Below are positions 1 through 8,100 of a stretch of DNA of 64,000 bases, piece after piece. The DNA is from an uncultured delta proteobacterium (GTDB taxonomy: Bacteria; Desulfobacterota; Desulfobacteria; Desulfobacterales; B30-G6), in NCBI GenBank assembly GCA_963823335.1, contig CAWGLD010000001.1:352001-416000 (forward strand), in the 5' to 3' direction. Under the pieces are notes generated by a model. It worked only from the letters and a program-made list of their open reading frames with translations. It searched no databases and was not told where the DNA came from. A program made the position numbers and the translations under genes. Each line of letters begins with the position of its first letter. The first letter of the stretch is position 1.

Positions 1-109
1 TCAGTGAAAGCGAAATGACGATGGGCCCACACATACCGATACAGTGCCCGAAACCGATGCTAACACCGGTTGTGAAGAAGAGAATATATATGGAACTAGT
101 AGACAACAT
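1..109 (-). CDS. DsbD_2 / sulfite exporter TauE/SafE-like membrane protein, N-terminal part (runs off window)
   Basis: Not in ORF track. Manual translation from ATG at 109 gives MLSTSSIYILFFTTGVSIGFGHCIGMCGPIVISLSL, with the HCxxMCGP motif typical of this family. Overlaps the stop of the upstream gene. Confidence 0.75.
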   Translation of the reverse strand, partial: MLSTSSIYILFFTTGVSIGFGHCIGMCGPIVISLSL

Positions 110-542
110 TGAAAGTGAATACAACGCTGCCGATATCCGGCAGGGTGATCGTGGCCTGCCAGATGGTTTTGCCACTTTTGCAGCGGACGATTACCCCCTG
201 GCCTTCATATATGGCCGCGTCGTTTTTTGTGAGTATGACCTGGTTCGGTCCCATTTTCATACCGGGCATACCCAAATCGATAAAGGGTGGTTTCGAAAGC
301 GGATCCCCGCTTATCTTGACCTGAAATATCAAGTCCTTCATGGCTTTCACGGGTTTGGGAAAAATGTTCAGATCGACGGTCCTGTTGTCGATCTGCTTCC
401 GGCAGCCGCCTGACTGGATATCGCAATCCACAACGTCTTCCGCTGCCAGACTAACGCTGCTATGGCAAACTGAAAGGATCAGAAGGGCGAGAAACAGGAC
501 ACGCATACCTGCCAGGTGGGAATTGAATCTACATGTTCTCAT
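96..542 (-). CDS. Secreted FixH/YtkA-like protein
   Basis: Signal peptide, DLGMPGMKMG motif, GGAGG RBS, coupled to the DsbD_2-like gene. Confidence 0.55.
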   Translation of the reverse strand: MRTCRFNSHLAGMRVLFLALLILSVCHSSVSLAAEDVVDCDIQSGGCRKQIDNRTVDLNIFPKPVKAMKDLIFQVKISGDPLSKPPFIDLGMPGMKMGPNQVILTKNDAAIYEGQGVIVRCKSGKTIWQATITLPDIGSVVFTFNVVY

Positions 543-556
543 GGAAACCTCCTATA

Positions 557-711
557 GTGCAGTTCGTACAACATTAGGCCTTCGGCTGATATTTGGCCAT
601 TGCCCTTCATGCCTCACTTGTCCTGCCGGACGACATTTTCGCCATGCACGGAATTTATTGTGCCCCATGGCCTAGGGCTTACCTAAGACGTAAAACCTAA
701 AACTTAACACG
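557..711 (-). repeat. Degenerate GNA mini-hairpin array (copy G)
   Basis: Minus strand reads ...CAATAAATTCC...AAATGTC GTCC(G)GCAGGAC...AAATATC AGCCGAAGGC TAATGTT; same leader and linkers as the other copies. Confidence 0.55.
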
Positions 712-715
712 TTCT

Positions 716-1666
716 TTATTCCATCAATCCTATCAGCCCCAGCACGATACAAAGCAGCGTGAGCGGAAAATAGCTTGCCCGGTTGAATAGCGCCATGGCC
801 TGGTCCCTGTCCCGGGTCAGGAGCAGCTTAACCACCGGAATCAGCAGCATATAGATACCGGCGGCAAGAGCTGAAAGGCAGGCAACCCATTTCCAGGTTG
901 GAAAACTCAATATAAAAAGATAGGCGATCAAAACAACTGACATAAGCAGGGCCGCCAGTGCCAGTAAAGCCGCCTTCTCCGCTCCCAGTTGCACCGGTAT
1001 GGTTTTGGCTCTGAATTGACGATCCAGTTCAATGTCGGACCAATCGGCCGGGATGTTTTGCCCGCCGATTTCCCAGAAAAAAAGACCCAGAAACATGATA
1101 CCTGCAAAAAACGGGGATGGATAGGGATCAACGGCCAGAAGCGCTGCTATGGGTCCAGAATTTTTGACAAATCCACTCACCACAGATCGCCAGGGGCTTA
1201 CATGCCATAAGAGACAATAGACGGTTTCCAGGCTAGCCCCCAGCAAAAAGATGACCACACACATGGGATTCAGAAGATAAGCACCCACCAGGGCAACCAT
1301 GGACCAACCGATCGCCCACAGGATGCCCTGCCGGTAGGTCAGAAGCCCTTGCGCCATGGGGTGCCTTACCATCAGGGAATCGAGATAGCTTTCGGCAGTC
1401 AGGGCACTTTCGCCACCCTTGGCCATATCTGTTCTAAAATCGATGATGTCGTTCAGGGCATACACGGCGGTATAACCTGCAAACGCTGTCAACAGACCAA
1501 TCACCACCACATGCCCGGGGGGGAAACCACCGAGATAGAGCAACACGGCAAATGCCGGAGTTGCCATGTCCAGCAGACCATGGGGAGTACGAGAAAGAGC
1601 CAGAAAGCGTTTGAGCTGTTCCAGTCGGCCCGAAGATTTTGATGTTGGCCCCGCATTCATAGGCAT
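716..1666 (-). CDS. UbiA family prenyltransferase
   Basis: Multi-TM protein with NDIIDFRTD and DWSDIELD Asp-rich motifs. Confidence 0.85.
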   Translation of the reverse strand: MPMNAGPTSKSSGRLEQLKRFLALSRTPHGLLDMATPAFAVLLYLGGFPPGHVVVIGLLTAFAGYTAVYALNDIIDFRTDMAKGGESALTAESYLDSLMVRHPMAQGLLTYRQGILWAIGWSMVALVGAYLLNPMCVVIFLLGASLETVYCLLWHVSPWRSVVSGFVKNSGPIAALLAVDPYPSPFFAGIMFLGLFFWEIGGQNIPADWSDIELDRQFRAKTIPVQLGAEKAALLALAALLMSVVLIAYLFILSFPTWKWVACLSALAAGIYMLLIPVVKLLLTRDRDQAMALFNRASYFPLTLLCIVLGLIGLME

Positions 1667-1737
1667 AGATTTTATATTTACCCTAAGATGAACTTAAATT
1701 AGGCTTACCTTAGTTTTGTCAAAGGAGCAAGTATTTG

Positions 1738-1787
1738 TAAGCCTTAAGCAACAAACGGCAAGCTGCTTAAAGCTTATTGCTTATTGC
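1738..1787. repeat. Heptamer-based palindromic repeat (TAAGCnn / nnGCTTA)
   Basis: taagccttaagc...gcttaaagcttattgcttattgc. Confidence 0.55.
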
Positions 1788-1953
1788 ATAGGGTCGATAG
1801 ACTTTCTTTGACCAAAACATAGCTTTGGGTTTGACACATATGGGATATTAGGCCATATTAATTAAGTTCCAGCCTTCCCCCTAAGCACCATACCGGGTCG
1901 AAACATGGACCCGCAACAGATGGATAATAACACCCATTTACAAGGAGGTCATC

Positions 1954-2208
1954 GTGAAAAACGGTACTTGTCCCAAGTGTGGATCCGAATCAATCTATTG
2001 TGGTGATAAGATCCCCTTAAAAAATGGTCCTTTCGGAAGCAATTCAATTCCAGTCAGCATCCTTTCCATGGCTGCTCTGGACAACTACGTTTGCACCGAC
2101 TGCGGTTATCTTGAAAGCTATATTGCCGAAAAGGACAAGCTCAAAGAAATCACCGAGGGCTGGCGGAATCTACAGGCAGCAGAAACTGCCGAAGAGGAAA
2201 AAAACTAG
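1954..2208 (+). CDS. Small zinc-ribbon protein
   Basis: CPKCG and CTDCGY motifs, AGGAGG RBS before GTG. Confidence 0.75.
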   Translation: MKNGTCPKCGSESIYCGDKIPLKNGPFGSNSIPVSILSMAALDNYVCTDCGYLESYIAEKDKLKEITEGWRNLQAAETAEEEKN

Positions 2209-2223
2209 AGACCAAGATCCAAT

Positions 2224-2392
2224 GCTGCGCGTCATTTGTGGTCATTTACTTCGTGTCATTATAGATGGTTTTAGGTTTTAAGTGTGAAGTAAACCCCAAG
2301 CTACGAGCCATTAGCGGCAATAAATTACGCCCGCAGGGCAAATGACCATAAATGACAGCCGAAGGCGAAATGACGCACGAAGTGCGAATGAC
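2224..2392 (+). repeat. GNA mini-hairpin array element (copy A, two arms)
   Basis: Left arm of GTCATT units, core GTAAACCCCAAGCTACGAGC, right arm AAATTAC GCCC-GCA-GGGC AAATGAC ... GCC-GAA-GGC ... GCAC-GAA-GTGC. Confidence 0.8.
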
Positions 2393-2414
2393 AAGGGATT
2401 GAAAGGCTGACTAT

Positions 2415-4127
2415 ATGAAGTTTGTTGATGGAATGCGACGCATGCGCGGCATTCGAAGGCTGGGACATATCTCCCGTATCATGCTGAAGCATGGACTCGG
2501 TGATTTCACGGACCGGCTGTTCAAACAAGACTCGAATGGCATTACAACACCGGATAAGACCGAATACCCTCTGAAATCAGGATTCCCATCTCCTGTCAGA
2601 ATCCGAAAGCTACTCGAAGAACTGGGCCCCAGTTTCGTCAAGCTGGGGCAATTGATGAGTACCCGGGCGGATATTTTTCCACCCGAATACATCCAGGAAT
2701 TCATCAAGTTGCAGGACAGTGTCCCACCGGTATCCTTCCAAGAAATACGGAAAGTGATCGAAGGGGATTTCGGGCAGAATCTCGATGATATTTTTAAGTC
2801 TTTTAACACCGAATCCATGGCGGCAGCCTCTGTTGCGCAGGTCCATATGGCAGAACTGCATACCGGTGAAAAAGTAGCCGTAAAAATTATCCGGCCCGGG
2901 ATCGAAAAAAAAATCAGGCAAGACATTGGACTGATGCTCACACTGGCCGAGAAACTGGAGCGTAAATTCGATATTGGAAGAAAAATTGGCTTTATCAACC
3001 TGGCACGCGAATTTGAGCGAACCATTTTCAAAGAACTGGACATGCTGACCGAGGCGGGCCACATGGAACGCTTCTCCGGCTATTTCAAGGAAAGCCATGA
3101 AATGGTCATCCCCAAGGTTCATTGGGCCTACACCTCCAGGTCGGTTCTGGTCATGGAGCATATCGACGGAATCAAAATGGATCAGGTCGAAACCATGCGG
3201 GCACATGGTATCGATCCCAGGGAAATTGCCATGATCGGGCTGCGAAGCTTCTCCCGCCAACTGATGGAATTTGGTCTATTTCATGCCGATCCCCACCCGG
3301 GAAACACCATTGTGATGTATGACGGTCGCGTGGGCCTGGTGGATTTCGGGATCACGGGTTATCTGGACGAAGAGTCCATGATGCAGATTGCCAATATTTT
3401 TCTCGGATATGCCGAGCACGATTACGTTATGATCGTTGAGGCATTTGCGAGCGCCGGTCTCATCGACCCGGAACACATCGATATGGATGCCTTTCGTATC
3501 GATCTCAAAGACATCAGCGAACCCTTTTATGGAAGATCGTTGAAAACCATCTCCGCCAAAGATGTGTACGACCAGGTAATGCAGGTGGTGTTGAAACACC
3601 AGATCCGCCTGCCGAGAAATTATCTGTTACTGCTCAAAACCTTTATCCAGACCGAAGCCCTGGGAAAAATCCTGGACAGCGATGCCAACCTGCTGGAGGT
3701 AACCAGGCCATATGCCAAGACACTTCTGGAGCGGGGTTACGATGCACAGAAAATACTCAACAGCATGGGACGGGATGCACGATACTTCAGCGGCTACATG
3801 CGTCTGGTACCGAAGTTCCTGCACGATATTTTAAAAATGACGGCCCGGGGCAAACACCGGATTGAAATACAGCATACCGGCATCCAGGGTATGGATGACA
3901 AACTCGAAAAAGGCCTTAACCGACTCGTTCTGGGTATGGTGATTTCCGCTTCTCTGATCGCCGCGGCACTGGTACTCAACGCAGCCCAGGGTTTGATGGA
4001 ATTCAATATCACTCTGTTAAGCCACACCCTCTCCATGACAACTCTGCTGGGTCTCACGGGTTACTGCCTGGCGACATTTCTCGGTCTTTGGCTGGTGATA
4101 TCGATATTTCGTTCGGGAAAGCTTTAG
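2415..4127 (+). CDS. ABC1/UbiB (AarF) family atypical kinase
   Basis: ELGPSFVKLGQ, AAASVAQVH, HADPHPGN and DFG motifs; C-terminal TM helices. Confidence 0.92.
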   Translation: MKFVDGMRRMRGIRRLGHISRIMLKHGLGDFTDRLFKQDSNGITTPDKTEYPLKSGFPSPVRIRKLLEELGPSFVKLGQLMSTRADIFPPEYIQEFIKLQDSVPPVSFQEIRKVIEGDFGQNLDDIFKSFNTESMAAASVAQVHMAELHTGEKVAVKIIRPGIEKKIRQDIGLMLTLAEKLERKFDIGRKIGFINLAREFERTIFKELDMLTEAGHMERFSGYFKESHEMVIPKVHWAYTSRSVLVMEHIDGIKMDQVETMRAHGIDPREIAMIGLRSFSRQLMEFGLFHADPHPGNTIVMYDGRVGLVDFGITGYLDEESMMQIANIFLGYAEHDYVMIVEAFASAGLIDPEHIDMDAFRIDLKDISEPFYGRSLKTISAKDVYDQVMQVVLKHQIRLPRNYLLLLKTFIQTEALGKILDSDANLLEVTRPYAKTLLERGYDAQKILNSMGRDARYFSGYMRLVPKFLHDILKMTARGKHRIEIQHTGIQGMDDKLEKGLNRLVLGMVISASLIAAALVLNAAQGLMEFNITLLSHTLSMTTLLGLTGYCLATFLGLWLVISIFRSGKL

Positions 4128-4387
4128 CCCACATTTCTCATGAAAACTATATTTTTAAAAGAAATGCTATTAATTTCGAACAATATCAAATGGTTTTGAT
4201 AGTAAAGTATTTTCCAGTTATGTACAGTCTGTTAATGGATGATTATCTATCTGAAAATATATTTTTCACCCTCTGGGTCGGCCTGATACGCCCATTTGGG
4301 GTGTTATCCGAGGATCGCAGTATGCCTATACGGCTTCACCTCGGATGCCTTCCAAATGAGCGCATCAAACCGATGAGAAATACGGAC

Positions 4388-4453
4388 TAAGCTATTAGCC
4401 GTAAACTGTAAGCGGCGTTTAGCTTATAGCTTACCGCTTATGGCTTATAGCTG
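4388..4453. repeat. Heptamer-based palindromic repeat
   Basis: taagctattagccgtaaactgtaagc...agcttatagcttaccgcttatggcttatagc. Confidence 0.6.
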
Positions 4454-4536
4454 TTATTTACAAACGGCCATTATGCCCTATATTAAGACTGTCATCATAC
4501 AAAAATTGCCAAAAAAATTAAACGGAAACGACTCTC

Positions 4537-5151
4537 ATGAAAAAACTCAACACTGCCTGGGTGGCCATCATCGTCCTGATATTTTCCGGAACAGGCTTTG
4601 CGGAAACCCCACACCAGTTAGGGCCATTTATCCTGGGCCATGATATCGCGGAATTTGCCGATTTTATCCAAATGGATACATCTCTTCCCATTCGATACAT
4701 GGAGAGTGTCCGGGAAGTTGAAATAAAGCCCATAAAAGGGTTTAAGAGCGGTCTTATCGCATATGGCACCTGTGCCGCTCAAAACCGTGTTGTCCGGATA
4801 AAGCTCAAATACGACGACGACACCAAGGCCTTCTATCAAAACCTGAAAAAACGTATTGAATACCGTTTTGGCAAAAGTGACGAATACCGTGGAGACGCCT
4901 TTCACATCGTCATCGGGTGGAAGTGGTCTTTCATTGACACCGACAAAAATACCATCACCCTGCTCCTGCAGCACAATACCAGGGATGAGGAAGAAAAGAT
5001 GGGTAATTCCATCAAGCTCACCATGACCAATCTGCTCGAATCGGACTGGGAATGTTTCAAAAACAAAGCATCGACAAAACAGGCCGACGCCAATGTGTCC
5101 GCACCGCAGGAACTGGAACAGACCGGGTGGGATCTCTTTGTGCCCAGGTAA
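4537..5151 (+). CDS. Secreted hypothetical protein
   Basis: 204-aa ORF with signal peptide (GFA-ET cleavage-like site). Confidence 0.75.
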   Translation: MKKLNTAWVAIIVLIFSGTGFAETPHQLGPFILGHDIAEFADFIQMDTSLPIRYMESVREVEIKPIKGFKSGLIAYGTCAAQNRVVRIKLKYDDDTKAFYQNLKKRIEYRFGKSDEYRGDAFHIVIGWKWSFIDTDKNTITLLLQHNTRDEEEKMGNSIKLTMTNLLESDWECFKNKASTKQADANVSAPQELEQTGWDLFVPR

Positions 5152-5163
5152 TCCGGCAAATTA

Positions 5164-6045
5164 GTGAATAGAATGCTGAAAGACATCGCCTGGAACGGCA
5201 TGCAGGTATCGGTGCCCTCCACATGGGAGCTTGGCCGGATTGACATGCGGCATCTGTTTTTCGAGAAGCAGGCCAGTCCCGCCATGGAAATCAAGTGGGG
5301 ACCCGTGAAGGGTCGGTTTTCCCACCACGCACATTTAAAAAAACTCATCGCCCGGCAAAAACACCACCCGGGCAAGACCCTTGAAGAATGGCATCTGCCC
5401 GCCAGCTGGAAAAATGCCCTTGCAAATTTTATCGCCAAGGGATTTTCCTGGCAGTCGGGGACTGAAAATGGGCGGGGCGCCATTCTGTTCTGTCCTTCCT
5501 GCAAGAACGCCATTATGTTCCAGATATTCAATATTGCCGGCCACATGAGCGATGGGGCTATCCTCGAACTGTTGAAAAGCCTGCAAGACCACCGGAACGA
5601 TGACAAAACAGCATGGACGGTGTTCGACGTCCACGCCCTGTTGCCCAAGACCTTCAAACTGGACGATTTTCAATTCAAGCCCGGCAAGTACCAGCTTGCA
5701 TTTTCCGATAGCTATCAAACGGTCAAGCTCTTTCGCTGGGCGCCGGCGTCTGCATTTCTGTCACAAACCAACCTGACACAGTTTGTGGCAAACGCCCTGG
5801 AACTCACTCCTGAAAATCTGGTCACGACATCGATTTCTGGGCATTCTGCTGTAGAATGGCGATCAAGACCAAATCCCGGGCGGTTCAATTGGCTATACCG
5901 GTTCAAACGAAAACTGTCCTTCCACTGGCTGTGCGTTTGGCATGTGGTGGATAAAAATCGAATCCTGGGAATCCGCTTTGACAGTAAAAGATCTTTTGAC
6001 GTGGATATGATGACTGATATATGCGTAAATTATGTCGCAAAGTAA
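5164..6045 (+). CDS. Hypothetical protein (Trp-rich, one CxxC) upstream of PqqD-family gene
   Basis: 293-aa ORF co-oriented with and 12 nt after the previous gene. Confidence 0.7.
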   Translation: MNRMLKDIAWNGMQVSVPSTWELGRIDMRHLFFEKQASPAMEIKWGPVKGRFSHHAHLKKLIARQKHHPGKTLEEWHLPASWKNALANFIAKGFSWQSGTENGRGAILFCPSCKNAIMFQIFNIAGHMSDGAILELLKSLQDHRNDDKTAWTVFDVHALLPKTFKLDDFQFKPGKYQLAFSDSYQTVKLFRWAPASAFLSQTNLTQFVANALELTPENLVTTSISGHSAVEWRSRPNPGRFNWLYRFKRKLSFHWLCVWHVVDKNRILGIRFDSKRSFDVDMMTDICVNYVAK

Positions 6046-6072
6046 ATGAAAGCGTTGATTCTGACAGAAGGT

Positions 6073-6118
6073 CAAGCCATAAGCTTTAAGCAATTAGCAG
6101 CTTACTGCTTATAGCTTA
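6073..6118. repeat. Heptamer-based palindromic repeat
   Basis: caagccataagctttaagc...gcttactgcttatagctt. Confidence 0.55.
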
Positions 6119-6136
6119 AAAAAATACATCGAGAAC

Positions 6137-6523
6137 ATGAAACTTCTGAAAAGACATTTACCCGCCTCACAATTGACAAAGAGCAAGGCGCTGACCCTGA
6201 CGCCTGTCAAAAATATGGACAGCTCCGAAGTAACCCTGGATTCCGGAGTTGTCGTTATCCGCTATCCCGTCACCATGCGACCCTGGATGGCGAAATGGAT
6301 CCAGCGGTTCAAGGGATCCTCTTCTCAGACTGGATCAAGGAAGCTGCAGTTAGACACCCTGGGAACACAGGTCTGGAAAATGATCGATGGGAAGCGAACG
6401 GTTCGGGATATCGTGGACGCTTTTGCCGTAGCCCATCAACTGGAAAGACGGGAAGCGGAAATGGCCGTCTCACAGTTTCTAAGGGATCTGGGCAAACGAG
6501 GGTTGATTGGAATGCAGGAATAA
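6137..6523 (+). CDS. PqqD family protein (RRE-like winged helix)
   Basis: LDTLGTQVWKMIDGKRTVRDIV...FLRDLGKRGLI is the PqqD signature. Confidence 0.85.
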   Translation: MKLLKRHLPASQLTKSKALTLTPVKNMDSSEVTLDSGVVVIRYPVTMRPWMAKWIQRFKGSSSQTGSRKLQLDTLGTQVWKMIDGKRTVRDIVDAFAVAHQLERREAEMAVSQFLRDLGKRGLIGMQE

Positions 6524-6549
6524 ATTCGGGAAACAACTTTATAGGTGAA

Positions 6550-6604
6550 TAGGCTGAAGACTGTTAGGCTTTTAGCTGCTATCAGTCTTACAGTCTTCAG
6601 CCTA
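6550..6604. terminator. 15-bp inverted repeat between convergent genes, probable bidirectional terminator
   Basis: TAGGCTGAAGACTGT (6550-6564) / ACAGTCTTCAGCCTA (6590-6604). Confidence 0.55.
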
Positions 6605-6626
6605 ATAGCCTAAACTGCAGTTGCAG

Positions 6627-6965
6627 TTAGAAGGATTTCAGCGCCTCATCCATGCTCCCCACGATCGGCAGAAATGTATCGAAACCGGCGATTTCAAAGA
6701 CTTCCTTCACATAATCCTGCATGGAGCAAAGCATGATCTGGCCTTTCTCCCGGTGAAGCGCCTTGGTCGCCTTCAAGATGACGCGGAGTCCCGCGCTGGA
6801 AATATAATCGATATCTTTGAAATCGATCACCATGTTTTTCGATCCGTCTAAAATAGCACCAAAAACCCTTTCTTCGAAGCCCTGAGACGTGCTTGAATCG
6901 AGCCGACCGTTAAGCCTGAAAACACTGATGGTATCCTGTTTTTCTTCAATTATTTCCATGGACAT
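6627..6965 (-). CDS. STAS domain anti-sigma factor antagonist (RsbV/SpoIIAA-like)
   Basis: GRLD and IDYISSAGLR phospho-Ser motif. Confidence 0.92.
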   Translation of the reverse strand: MSMEIIEEKQDTISVFRLNGRLDSSTSQGFEERVFGAILDGSKNMVIDFKDIDYISSAGLRVILKATKALHREKGQIMLCSMQDYVKEVFEIAGFDTFLPIVGSMDEALKSF

Positions 6966-7057
6966 ACCTCCAAAACCGCATTAATACTTCTATCTTTGGC
7001 AGACGACTCACCCTGAACCCTGATCTGTCATTTATGGATGAACCCGGGCTGCCTGTC

Positions 7058-7486
7058 TCAATCCTCTCTTCTCAATTTTCGTCTGAGGATCAGAATGTTT
7101 TTATCCGCAACCCTTTGATACTGTACCTCGTCCATCATTTTGTTAATCAGGTGAATTCCCAGTCCGCCGATCTTGCATTTCTCGATATCACACTGGAAAT
7201 CAGGTGTCTTGGACTCCGACGGATTAAAAGGAACACCATCGTCTTCTATCCTCATCTGCAATTGATCCCCCTCGATTGTGATACTGATTTTGATGATATG
7301 TTCCTGGCTATCGTTGAAGCCATAAGAAATAATATTGGTGAACAGTTCATCAAGGGCAAGGTTCATCTCAAAGATGGACTTATCCGAAACGCCGATGGAT
7401 CGGCCTATCTCTTCACAATTCAGGCATAAGCGCTCCAACTCGGACAGATCGTTTTTCAACTCAAAGGAATAAAATTTCTTGACCAT
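7058..7486 (-). CDS. Anti-sigma factor / Ser kinase (RsbW-like HATPase_c_2)
   Basis: LALDELFTNIISYG, DDGVPFNP, GGLGIHLI. Confidence 0.92.
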   Translation of the reverse strand: MVKKFYSFELKNDLSELERLCLNCEEIGRSIGVSDKSIFEMNLALDELFTNIISYGFNDSQEHIIKISITIEGDQLQMRIEDDGVPFNPSESKTPDFQCDIEKCKIGGLGIHLINKMMDEVQYQRVADKNILILRRKLRRED

Positions 7487-7575
7487 CTCCCTTCACCTTC
7501 CCAACGTATCATCTTTGAAACAAAAATAACATATCAACCGGCAGACATCAACAGCCATGAAAGTCCAGATTATTA

Positions 7576-8100
7576 TTACAGCAAACTGACGCCTAAATGC
7601 TGTAAACATTCATCCCGATGATCCAAGCGACTCGACAAAAATCCTTTTTCCCACCCATCGACACCACCCACCAGTGCTTTGAAGAAACTGGGCATGAGAT
7701 CATGAAACTGGGACAAGGTCCGTGAAAACTTTTCCCTGGAAAGAATAAGACAGCTCGTTTCCGAAACCGCCTTCAGTGAAAACAGACGCTGCATGGAACC
7801 CATCAGAGACAGCCCGCCCAGAAATTCGCCTTCACCAACCTGACGAATCTCCCTGATGATGCCCCCCTCTTCCCTTTCCAGCACGGCATGGCCACGGATG
7901 ATATAAAAGGCCTGACCATCATCTTCTCCCTGGCGAAGCAGGTACTCTCCATTCTTGAAATTATCCCTGCTGCAAAGATAGGCAAACACTTTCAAAGTCT
8001 CCAGGGGGATACCCGAGAAGAGATAGGTCTGTCTCAATAGTTCGAGGTTCTGGTTCAGTTCGCAAACTGCGGTAGGTTTATTTGTTTCCAACGAGCTCAT
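7576..8100 (-). CDS. Cyclic nucleotide-binding domain protein
   Basis: LFSGIP, LLRQGE, GEFLGGLSL...R pattern; start set at ATG 8100 after AAGGAG. Confidence 0.85.
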   Translation of the reverse strand: MSSLETNKPTAVCELNQNLELLRQTYLFSGIPLETLKVFAYLCSRDNFKNGEYLLRQGEDDGQAFYIIRGHAVLEREEGGIIREIRQVGEGEFLGGLSLMGSMQRLFSLKAVSETSCLILSREKFSRTLSQFHDLMPSFFKALVGGVDGWEKGFLSSRLDHRDECLQHLGVSLL

